Origin: Callorhinchus milii
Taxonomy: Eukaryota
Length of the DNA stretch: 64,000 bases
Assembly (NCBI RefSeq): GCF_018977255.1
Contig: NW_024704743.1
Location: 79,114,001-79,178,000 of the forward strand
Direction: 5' to 3'
Shown: piece by piece, positions 37,201-48,380 of the stretch
Position numbering within the stretch: the stretch's first letter is position 1
Layout of the letters: each line of letters starts with the position of its first letter
Program-made: the position numbers and the translations under genes
The notes under the pieces: generated by a model
Database searches by the model: none
What the model was told of the DNA's origin: nothing
What the model saw: the letters and a program-made list of their open reading frames with translations, nothing else

Positions 37201-40200
37201 AGAGAGTTTTCATTGTTTATGCAAATAGGTTAGTTTGGCTGAAAGATAGTAAAACTCATAAAAAAAACTTTAATGTCAGTTTCCAGTAAAAACAACAGGA
37301 AATATGTAAGTGGCATTTTTATCACTGTTTGCTTACCAGGACTTTTATATCAGTGATAAATATAACCAGAACCTTAGTATTTACTCTTTAGAAACGTGAC
37401 CAAATGGATTCTCAGTTCCTCCACCATTTGCGTTCCTCTCCAGTGTAATTGTTCTTGCAGTGAGCTGTAGGAGGGGAGCACAGTCTTAGTTTTAGAATAA
37501 GAAGCTATGGTGACGTTTTATCTGGGAGTGGGTGGATGATACATCGGAAAACTTAAATGGACACACGAGGGAATGAAATATTTATGTTGAAAAGTGGCTC
37601 TGACTCAGCACATAAACATGTGATTTCCTTGGTCAGCAAATTCAGCCGTCCATCTGAAGTTTGTTTGACCAGTGCGAGGACACGATCTGCTGAGCAGAGA
37701 TTAGCATTTGCCTGCATTTTTTCTCTCCATATAAAAAGGCTTATGCTTTTAATTTACGGGTAATGTCTTACTGCAATTTTTCCAGGATCTGTTTCATTTT
37801 TAATAAACAGTTCTTAAGTCCAAAATATGTTAACGTGAGACGAAGCAGCTTTAATTTACGTCTTCTTGCGATCCAAAATGCATGTGCACGAATACTGAAC
37901 TGCGCTGCTGCTTAAGTATTCTGCCACAAATTATATTCCCGGGAGAGTTCCTCTCTGAACCAAAATGATGATGTGGCACTGAAAATATATATTCACTATT
38001 GGATTGTGCACAGTCTCATGATGTGTATTCTTTTACTTTCCTGATTATTACCTGTAGGTGGCGTAACAGCTCCAGTCAAATGGACAAATAAGTAATTGCA
38101 TGGATGAGAAAGAGCACAAATAGGTGCAGAATTAGGAGGTGGAAGAGACTTGTTTCTGTTACAGTGATTATCATTCCAACCCCAATAATACAATCTATTT
38201 GACGGGAATAATGTGTTCTATTTATATAAAATAAGTATGAAAATTTTAGCCACAAAATTCCATTAACTTTTTATATTAAACCTTTAGGGGATCTAAATTT
38301 TTCTTTATCGGTAAAATGAATGTGCACAATCTAAAGCAAGAATATACTGTACAAAACAGCAAAGATATACAATATTTTAAAAGATAAACTCACCCATATA
38401 CAATTTTACTGAAGGTAAACTGAATAATGCATTGGTTATGCTGAACAAATTTTAGAATGGAAAACTGTAAGATTATTAAATGCTAAATAACTGTAACATA
38501 TTTTAAATGCTTAATTACAACTATAAACAGTTACAGTTAAAATGATTAAATAATTTCAGTAACTTGTCCTGGAAGCAGAAAAGCAGACAAACGTGCTACA
38601 CAATTTCAAATTGAAACAACTTATGTGAGTGAATGTGGAAAATGCTTGCTGTACTACTGTAAATCTGAACTGGTATTTTTAGTACCTTACAAGGCTGGGA
38701 AAATTCTATACTAATGAAGAAAATCATAATCATAATCGGTAATATCCATGTTACAATGTCAGTCTTTCCAAATATGTAGTGTCATCCTGTACTCATTTAT
38801 GTATTCAGTAGCGATTTTCTTCGTCCTCAGGGGATTTCTCTAGTGACGTCTGTATGAATTTCCAACAACTATAAAATAACAAGACAAAACAAAATAGTTG
38901 TAAAATGTATAAATATATATTTTTGTACAGTCAATTCACTTTACAGTATAATTTGTGAAGCACTTTGAGACGTCTCAACGAGTGATTAGGCACTATATCA
39001 CATGCAAAGATTATTATTATTTTATTGTAATTATACAAAGCTTAAGGCTTTGAATACCACTGAGTTTTTTTTAATTAACTGGACCAGTTCCAATTAAGCA
39101 CACTTGCAACAGATCCTTTAATATTACTACCTATTAGCTATCTAACTTTGTAAAACTTTTTAGAAATATCTTAACAGCTAATTATCTGAAACTTAATTTT
39201 CCAAAGTGTACAAATTAAAAAAAAATTAATATCAGTTTCACCAAAAATGTGCGAGGCATAAACAACAAGTTATGTCTCGCTGAAAACACAGGACATAGAG
39301 ACCCGCCACAGCAAGTATCCTGCCTCACAAACTCTTACAGGTCAAATGCACTGAATAATTTCAGTTGTGAGTCCCTTTACTCTCTCTGAATGTGTGCTCC
39401 TTCCTCTTTCAGAAACATCTGGCTGCTGATTTGAAATTGTTCTTGATTAATATTCAAGTCCTTCATGTCTACATGAATATCTAATGTGAACAATGGATGC
39501 TTATTAATATGTCTTATTATTATTGAAATTACATAAATGCAATCTGACATCTAATAACATGCTTCATTGCACCAGAGCCTTTTGTTGTAAGTAACTGGAA
39601 TCTCTCTCGGTAAAACAATCCTCGAACACCCATCCCTAAACATACAAAGGAGTAGTGCAGCAAACAGTGTCCTCCTGTAAATGTTACTAAAGAAATCCCC
39701 TGAGGACAAAGAAAATCGTTACTGAATACATAAATGAGTACAGGATGATACTATGTATTTGGAAAGACTGACATTGTAATACGGGTTTATTGATTATGAT
39801 TAAGATTTTCTTCATTGGTGTAGAAATCCCCCAGAACCAGTTACAGTATTTGTGATTTCAATCGTTCTTCTTTATATTCTTCATAAAACTTGTTGCTCGT
39901 GATGACTTTATTTTTCCGTGAGCACGTACAGTATGTTTTTGGTGTTTCAGCCCAATCATATAACAATGAAAAGGCACAGAGAGCTCATGGAAATCCTCAA
40001 CCAAGTGGAAATTTGGTTCCCAGAATCAAACCTAGGTCTTTCTTGTTATTTTTATGTATTTCCTGATCCTTTATGCCACATCTATTTGAGGAATTTATGT
40101 AAAGTGGATAAAGAAATGGCAAGCAAATGGTGAAAAGAAAATGTTAGATGGAGAGAGAAAAAGATGAAAAAAAAAGGAAAAAGATAACAGTTGGTGGAGG

Positions 40201-41429
40201 GTAGAGTAGGGAAGTCGGGTCAGCAGAGAGTTGGCATAGTTCATTTTCACTGCCATCCTTCCCCTAGTTGGCATCTTTCCTCCTCATATTCTTCCTCCTG
40301 TTTCTCCTCTATGGGAACGATGGTGGTGAAATCCTACTCAATATGCCACTCAAGCTTGAGGTGGTCACTTAGGCTAGATTGGAGGAAAACTGGAGGGGCT
40401 GGTGAGGACAGGACAAGGGAAGGGTGGATGGATGGTGGAGGGGATGCTGGAAGAAGCAAATGAGAAGCACATATGCAAGGCTGATTAGCAGAGCATGCTT
40501 TCCTTATTAAAATGCATTACGCAAACAAAGAACAGTTACCATTTCCCGTTGAAATCAACGTGGTTATAAACAGCAGACCTGGCCAGCATGTTTTCTTGTT
40601 AATCAGATCTGAGAGATTCAATAGGAACACAGATTTTGATATGCTACAGTGCTGCCGCTGGCTTTGAAACCTTCCCAAGATAAACTCATAAACTGTAATT
40701 TTCCTGTGTTAATGTTTTGGTACTAAAAATAAATTGCGCCACCCACTGTCCAGACCGCTTTCCGGCAGCAATGAATGTACAACAGAATTTCGACCCCATA
40801 GAGTAAAGTCAGGAAAGATATTGTAGAGAAAAAAATATTTTTGGCTTCTTGAATTTTGTTGTGACAACTATTCAGTGAATTGACGCTCAGAAAAAAGGAC
40901 AGTTTCGGTGGCACTTTTTTGCTATATTTTTATGAGCAGTTGTCCTAACCTTTGAACTGCTATTCCTATTTCACTTGATATTTTAAATCTGCATTTACAC
41001 CGAAGGCATTCATGATAAATTATATAATTATTACTACATTCAAGACACGGTTGAGAATATTTGAATTTAATTTGGATAATAATTTTATTTTATTTATAAA
41101 TTTCCAATCCTCTCATCATTTTTCTTTGCTAGTTCTTTCACACCGTAGTCTGAAAAGGATGGGTAGTTGCATGTTGTGGATGCTGTCAGTGCCACACAAC
41201 AGTCAGCAATGACGTACACTTGCAGCAGGAGACAGAACGAGTTAATTCTGTTCAAACATGAGCCGTTATACTTAGCACTTGGCTAAGAACTGACATAACT
41301 TGCTAGAAGTATAAGTTGGATTTGATTGATAGGGACCCACACCCATCGATGTCCTTGTAGGGAAGGGCAGCACTGCAAAGCCTCGGCTTCAGGATGATTG
41401 CAAATATATTTTTTATTTGACTGCACGCT

Positions 41430-41875
41430 ATTTCCACCCTAGCCCTTGCCAGACTGCACTAGCTGCCTGTCCCAGAGAGGATCAACTTCAAGATCCTCAC
41501 CCTTGTCTTCAAATCCCTCCACTCCTCTGCACCCCCCTACCTCTCTGACCTCCTCTCTCCTTACAACAGTGCCCGTTGCCTTCGTTCCACCGGGTCTGGC
41601 CTCCTCCTTGTCCCCGAGTCCTCCGCTCCACCCTCGGCGGCCGTGCCTGCAGCCACTATGCCCCGAGGCTCTGGAACTCCCTTCCTTACTTCCTTCGCCT
41701 CACCCCCTCTCTTCCTATTTTCAGGTCTTGGCTGAAGACCTTTCTTTTCGACTGCGCCTTTAGTCACCTTCCTCCCCCACCGTTGGCTCGTCCCCGGGAT
41801 CTGTTACTGTGAAGCACTCTGAGACACGGTCTGGCTTGGAGGGCACTCTATAAATCCAAGTTGTTGTTGTTGCTG
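41430..41875 (+). mobile_element. L2 LINE 3' fragment
   Basis: ACSHYAPRLWNSLP…LKTFLFDCAF with a (TTG)n tail. Confidence 0.9.
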
Positions 41876-42124
41876 TTCTATATATTAAGTGTGAGCTAGA
41901 ATAAAATCAATTGAACCTAACAAGCAAGCTCCATACAAGATGGGTAGATCTTTGAGTCCTAGATTGTCACTTATTCCCCTCACCCCCCTTGGGATAGCCT
42001 TAAAACTCCACCAGTGGTGTGCTATATATATATATATATTGATCTCCAGGTCCTTGTCAAAAAGGAACAAAGTCAGAATTGTGTAATTTTTCTTTTTTAC
42101 TGTCATACTGTGACAAAACCACAG

Positions 42125-42960
42125 AGACCTGGCCGCTCCCTTTCCTTGGCAAGCACCAGTATGCTTCATGTTCCCTGCCCTATCCACCCCATCATCGACA
42201 GGCAGGCTTTCAGCATTAATGTGTCAGCCAGGCTTAGTGTTCGCATTCTCAATCTGTTCAAGTGGACGTCAAAGATCCCGTGGCACTATTCAAAAAGAGA
42301 AGGGCGTTTCTCCTGGCCAACAATCCCCCAGATAAAATTGTCGCTCACTCTGTGCCTGTTTGTGGGACATTGCTGTGTGCAAAACTGGCTATCACGTTTC
42401 ACCTACACAATATATAGTCAATCCACTATACAGTATAACTGTAAAAGGCTTTGAGATGTCTCAACAACCTGATAAAGTGTTGTATCAAGACGGAGTCCTG
42501 TAGCTCAGTGGTTAGAGCACTCGCTTTGCAAGTGAGAGACCTGAGTTCAATTCCAGGCAGGGCGAAACCTTGGGCAAGTTTCCTTACTCCACACGCCTAA
42601 TAATAATCCCTCCAAAACCAAAAACAATAATTAAATTGGTCATTTTCAATCTACGACTGTTTGTGGGACATTGCTGTGCGCAATTGGCTGCCGCGTTCGC
42701 CCACAAATATACAGTCAATTCACTTTACAGTGTGTTCTGTGAAGCGCTTTGGGACGTCCTCCTGACGTGAAAAGCGCTATATCAAATGCAAGGATTATTA
42801 TTATTATTATTATCAAATGCAAGGATTATTATTATTCTACCCCGCTCTCTGGAGTCCCTCTGACTCGCTCTCTCCACTTGTTCAAGACATCTTGAAACCA
42901 TGCTTTTGATCATCTTTCTCCTTCCCACACCGTTGGCTCCCACCCCTAACTTGGGTGGCA
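42125..42960 (+). mobile_element. Three-layer nest: old L2 > Deu SINE (about 42221-42836) > young SINE
   Basis: L2 sequence GGCAGGCTTTCAGC breaks at about 42215 and resumes CTACCCCGCTCTCTGG at 42837; Deu core GTGGACGTCAAAGATCCCGTGGCACTATTC at 42262. Confidence 0.75.
42492..42810 (+). mobile_element. Full-length young tRNA-Ala-derived SINE
   Basis: Near-identical to 5671 and 18441; flanked by TATCAA at 42483-42488 and 42811-42816. Confidence 0.95.
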
Positions 42961-43152
42961 ATCTAGCTATGCAATGTAGGGTCTTGAACAGCGAATCATA
43001 GAAAAGTTGGAACTTAGTTGGGCTGTACGAGTAAGATAGAGATAGGGCAATAGTTTGAGAGAGTAAAGAAGTGAGGATTTTTTTTGAGAGGAGGGAGATG
43101 ATGATGGAGTTTTGATGAGCTGAATGATGTTAGAAGTTCCATGATTCTAGGG

Positions 43153-43329
43153 AAAGGTTCACATTGCCTGGAGCTGGTTGGAACAGTTTTTTTTGTCAGC
43201 CCGGTCTGACATATGGGGAAACCCATCACCATGCTTCGGAGTATCCAGACCAAACTGAGAATTCCATGCATCCCACCTACACATGGCAATTTCTATGCAT
43301 TGGAATGGAACATTCTCTCCCTGGAGGGA
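43153..43329. mobile_element. Palindromic MITE-like family, left arm to centre
   Basis: TTTTTTGTCAGCCCGGTCTGACATATGGGGAAACCCATCACCATGCTT…CCCACCTACAC…GGAATGGAA…CTCTCCCTGGAGGGA aligns with 28167-28320. Confidence 0.7.
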
Positions 43330-44859
43330 TGCATGTTATTTACTTATTTAGAACTGGTGGCAGGTTTCACGAGGGAGGTGATAAGTGTGACAGCTGAAGG
43401 TAAGACGTAAGCACAGGGTGGTTGGAGGTAAGGAAAGATAATGGTCAAGGAATAGAGAAGTATAAGAGGCTTAGGTTACACAGGATTGTATTCATCTTGT
43501 GTCAGCTTGGCTCAGTTACTTGGTTATTTTGATTTAGGATTCATTACCAAAAGTGGTATTGAGGCTGGATCAGTAAAATCATTCACTAATCGCCCACTAA
43601 GCTTAATCCTCATGCATGGCCCAAAATAATTAGCCTTTTTAAAAGGTTAGGCAGATGGTCCCAGTTTACACTACTTCATAGAGAAATATTTACAGATAAT
43701 ATTCAGCATGTTTAAGTAAAGGTATCTTCAAATACAGAAGTAAATCAAAGAACGGAACTTTGATGAGAATAGTATCGTCTAGGTGTCTTGGTTAACAATA
43801 AGGGTGAGAAAGTGTTTGACGAAAACCACCAGTGTAATTGCAATCTTCTGATGGAAACAAGAGTTGCAAAATGTGCCTTGTGTTAAAACTCTATTCTCAT
43901 CAGTCAGCATGAAATACATGGAGTTCCTGTACAATACGCACTTTATAACCAGAGGGGCTTTATCTCGTGTTTGCGCCATTTAGGCTGCGTTTTTCACATA
44001 CAAGATATTTTTCAACTCCATTGTCGATTTAATTCGTGGAATATAGAAACGTGTGGGGTGGGGGGGAAGAGAGGAGATACATGCATAGACATTGCATGTT
44101 GGAATGCTGCATTTGACCTGCACATCACCCTGCTATGGCAGTACTGTTGTCGCAGAGGGAGCTTTAAGCAACACACTTGATGTTCTGGGGAGCACTGGAG
44201 ACAAACAACAACAACAAAATTACATTTAAAAAGCAAAAACAGTTATCTCCCTTTGCTGCCTTTGCAGGACACTACTCAAAGTAGTCAAACAGCTACCACA
44301 CATACTTAGTGCTGATGCAATGGAATAAAGTCTGGCATTTCTCTCGCGTGCGAAAATCAGCAAAGCCTTTGCCTAATCATCCTGATATCTTAATAACAAT
44401 AACAGAAATTGCAAAAAGGCCAAGTGTGAAGCCACAGCTCTTGGGCTTTGCTATTGTTATTTAGATAAGTGATTGTCAATATGTTAGGGCTTAGGCCCCA
44501 TTTGTAAACCCTGATGGCCTGTCCTGACCCAGTAGATAGCTTTAGTGCAAAAAATATGTAAGGTACACATTAACAAAATAAGTACTAAATGCAGCAAATA
44601 TTAAAATATAGTATTTAAGTATTTGTTGTCTAAATCCTAGGTTGTACTTAATAAGAAACCTGAGCTTGCTTCTCTTTAATACGTTTATCAAAGTTTGATG
44701 CAAAAGAGTTCTCACTGTCACCGCTACTTGCAACAGGACAGTTTAAAAATGTCTCCACTTCACTGACTAAAATACACTCCAAATTCTCCACTGAAAGATT
44801 ACAATTCCAAACTCTTCCTTCCACGAACAGCAGATTATTCAGAACTCAGCAGCTTGTGT

Positions 44860-45270
44860 CCTCTTTCCACACCAAGTCCCGTGAGATGTTTAAGAGCCTA
44901 GTCCTCACTTTTAAAGCCCTCCATAATGTTGCTCCTCCACACATTCCCTGCGCTCGGCGGGCATTAGCCTGCTCCATGTCCTACGCCATGTCTGCCCTAC
45001 CATCTGTGGTCAGGCCTTCAGCGTTTCTGCCCCCACCCTCTGAAACTCCAGTCTGGAGTTCCTTCACCTCAGCCCCTTCCTTGCTTTCTTCAAGGCCTGT
45101 CTCAATGGCTTCCTCTTTGACTGTGCCTTCTGACAACCTCCCACTTCCAGCCCCCTTGCACTCCACCCCTCCTGAATCCACCCCCCAGCTCGGGTGCAAA
45201 TCCTTGTCTGTCCTGCGCCTTGGGACGTCCTCCCGACATGAAAGACGCTATGTAAATGTAATTTGTTGTA
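44860..45270 (+). mobile_element. L2 3' fragment
   Basis: FKSLVLTFKALH; tail GCGCCTTGGGACGTCCTCCCGACATGAAAGACGCTATG. Confidence 0.88.
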
Positions 45271-46304
45271 CCCTAAAATGATGGAATGTTACATTTAATT
45301 GGCTAATCACTGGCACCTGCTGCTGTTTAAGTAACTTTTTGTTAATGTATTTTGTGAATGTGTATATTGTATATTGAGGGAAAGAAATATTTAGTAATCC
45401 AGATGGTTTTTCAACTAAAGCTATTTACTGGGCCTTCAAAATTTAAATAACTTCATTACAGGGCTTCTGCCGCAAATTCTCGGCGTTCCAAAACTACCAC
45501 TCCGTTGTTCGTATTAATACAGTGAACAGCCGTTCTCGGCCAGCCAAGATAAGTTGTGGACTGAGCTTTAAAATCGCCTGTTGTTCTGGGATGTTGAGAA
45601 ATTATAACTGGCAGTTCTTATGGTAGAAACTCATGCACATCGATAATATGTTGTAAAGCATTAGTGGCAATTATATATTTTTAAAAAAAGAAACTGAGTT
45701 TCTGTACATGCAGAAAAGCATCATACTGTGTCATTGCAGCATCACCTGGTGTGCATGCAACATGTTGATGTCATGAATAATGCGCCACGTGCAAAATAAA
45801 AGTGGAGGGAGCATAAAGAGTGACCGTCAATTGTCTACAACTCCATGTGACGTTGTTCTTTGTGCTGCAAGAGGCAAAACTAAACCAGTAAAAGAAAGGC
45901 AAAAGAGAAACAGCGAGGGAGCCATTCAGTAGTGAAAAACAGACATTTACTCAGAGTGAAAGAGAACTATTCAGTGTGTACATGGCAGGCACTCTGGTGT
46001 GTGTGGCACGAGAGAGGGAGATAATCTTTCACATTTTAAGTGAGCAGTAAATGTGAGAAGGATAAGGGAAATAGAATGATGAGGGCTGCCATAGCTTACC
46101 CAGTCCAAATCTGCACTTGGGTAGATCTTTTATCTGCATCCTCTCTTAACAGGATTCTTCCAGGAGGCTTCCGAGGGACTGCAATGGATGGTGTAGGACA
46201 GAAATGGGGTGTGGGGGATCAGGAAGTAGTTCAGTATCCCCCAGATTACAGTATTATTATGGAGCACAATGGTTATCAGTATATTTGCCTAAAAAGAACA
46301 TAAT

Positions 46305-46536
46305 CTTTGGAACTCCATCCCACAATGCCTTCGCCTTGCTCCCTCCCTTGCCTTCTTCGGAGCATGACTCAAAATCCTCCTTTTTGACCGTGCCTTCAGC
46401 CACCCTCATACCTCTCTGCCCTCTCTCATCCCAACCCTACCCCCCATGCTTGGGTCCTGATCCTCAACTGTTCAGCGTCTTGGGACGTCCTCCCAATGTG
46501 AAAGGCGGTATACAAATCTAATTTTGTTGTTGTTGT
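46305..46536 (+). mobile_element. L2 3' end
   Basis: TGGAACTCCATCC…TTTGACCGTGCCTTC…TGGGACGTCCTCCCAATGTGAAAGGCGG…(TTG)n. Confidence 0.85.
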
Positions 46537-46854
46537 AGTCACTGCACTTTACAGTAAATACTATAAAGTGCTTTGAGAGACATCCTCCTAAAGTGTATAT
46601 CAAATGGAAGGATTATTATTACATTTCACAACCATGTTTTATAACAAAGATATGAAAGGTTTACAATATCCTTAATGTATTTGAGAGACAAAGATGGGCA
46701 GAAAAAATGGGGTCCTCGTGAAGGGATTTTTTTAATCTCCTTCTGCATTTTCTTTTAAAAATCTTTTTTGGACTTAATGTGGATTTCATGTGGAAAACGT
46801 ACTTGGTGCCCCCTCAGTTGTAGCTCAACAAAGCAAATGTACAAGTAATCTCAA

Positions 46855-47160
46855 ACTCACATCGCAAGCGAGGACCTGGTTTCGATTCCTGGGTGGGGTG
46901 AAACCTTAAGCAAGTTTCGTTACTCCACACGCCTAAGTTATTAATTGATTAGTGGATTGCTTCTCCAGGGGTAATAATCCCTTTTTAAAAAATTCAGTCT
47001 GCCACTGTTTGTGTTACATTTCTGTGTGCAATCGGCTGCCGCCTTTCATCCACAAAATGTACAGTCAATTCACTTTACAGTATATTCTGTGAAGCACTTT
47101 GAGATGTTATGAAGACCTGATAAGGGGGTATATCAAATGCAAGGAATATTATTATTATTA
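46855..47160 (+). mobile_element. Older tRNA-Ala SINE variant
   Basis: TCGCAAGCGAGGACCTGGTTTCGATTCC head remnant, part of the extra internal segment, and (ATT)n tail. Confidence 0.85.
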
Positions 47161-47164
47161 ATAT

Positions 47165-47340
47165 TATAATAATCCTTACGTTTGACATTGTGACTTTTGT
47201 CAGGAGGACATCTCAAAGTGCTTAACAGACAGTATTTACTATCAAGTGTAATGACTGTGTACTTTGTGGACGAAGGTGGCAGACAACTTTCACTCAGGAA
47301 GTCTCACAAATAGCAAATGAAGGGTGAGACCAATTTTTTT
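47165..47340 (-). mobile_element. SINE 3' half, tail-to-tail with the previous copy
   Basis: Reverse complement …CTGCCACCTTCGTCCACAAAGTACACAGTCA…AAGCACTTTGAGATGTCC…GTAAGGATTATT. Confidence 0.75.
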
Positions 47341-47894
47341 TAAGGCATCCGCCTGGTGTGAGAGGTGCTATATCAAACAAAAAGATAATTATTTATTATT
47401 ATAGACCCTGTGTGTGTGTGTGTGTGTGAATGGAAAAATGAATCATTCATCGTTTATAGGAGAAAGAAACAAAGAAAGAAATGTGTCAAGACAGAGTGAC
47501 TAAGTGAGATAATAAAATGGAAAGTGAAACCCACACAGACAAACGGGCACAAACACACCTCGGACATGTTTTGAGGGAGCTGAGTGGTGGGTGTTGGGTT
47601 TGCAGCATTTAAAACATGCTTGTAGCCCAAAGTCTACCAAACGCCGAGTATTATCGAATGAAGCGCTCTGGGACGCTAACCTGCGTGAAGGGCGCTGGAT
47701 AAATGCAAGTTGTTATTGTCGTTGTTATTATGTGTTTCCGCCTGTGGGAAGCAGAGTGGCCAATTTAGGTCAGTGCTTTTGAAACTGTATAAAAGATCTT
47801 CAAAGGGGGTGGTGGGAGGGGAAATACACGTTTTGCAGGTTTAACTTAAAAATGTGACAACTAAGCTGTTTAATTCTTGCACAAGCCAACAACA

Positions 47895-48225
47895 AAAAAA
47901 AACACGCCCAATTGGGCGTGAACCCGCCCAAACGGGGTGGGTGGTGGTGGTGGCGGCGCGGGGGGGGTGAAGATGACGCATGCGCAGAGCACTTCCTTGT
48001 TTTGCCACGTGACCGGCGTCTGTAGCGCGGCGCGAGAGCAACCGTCTGCAGCTCGAGCGGAGCGACCGACACACTGACCTGACCGCGCGCCGGCGCCCCC
48101 CCCCCCACCGCGCGCGTTTGACGGTTGATCTCTCTCATCTCTCTCTCTCTCTCACACACTCACTATTTCTCTCTTCCTCCTCTCCTCACCAACTCACTCA
48201 CTCCTCGTCGTCGTCCACCGTGAAG
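47895..48225 (+). promoter_or_regulatory. CpG-island internal promoter of ASAP1
   Basis: Densest CpG/GC region in the window. Palindrome CACGCCCAATTGGGCGTG 47903-47920, GC box CCCGCCC 47923-47929, CRE-like TGACGCA 47974-47980, NRF1-like CGCATGCGCA 47977-47986, ETS CACTTCCT 47990-47997, USF-type E-box CACGTGAC 48006-48013. Confidence 0.8.
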
Positions 48226-48352
48226 GATGCCCGATCAAATCTCGGTGCCCGAGTTCATCGCTGAGACGACGGAGGATTACAACTCGCCCACCACGTCCAG
48301 CTTCACCACCAAACTGGTCAACTGCAGGAACACGGTGACCCTACTGGAGGAG
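48226..48352 (+). CDS. ASAP1: ASAP1 second coding exon (127 nt; start of BAR-domain region); ATG at 48227 can also start a short isoform
   Basis: Encodes MPDQISVPEFIAETTEDYNSPTTSSFTTKLVNCRNTVTLLEE, nearly identical to ASAP1 (MPDQISVSEFIAETTEDYNSPTTSSFTTRLHNCRNTVTLLEE) and distinct from ASAP2 (…VAETHEDYKAPTASS…). Acceptor gaag|G ATG follows a long CT-rich tract; donor GAG|gtgagg at 48353. Confidence 0.97.
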
Positions 48353-48360
48353 GTGAGGCG

Positions 48361-48380
48361 CACACACACACACACACACA
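48361..48380 (+). repeat. (CA)10 microsatellite 8 nt inside the intron
   Basis: Read directly after gtgaggcg. Confidence 0.95.
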
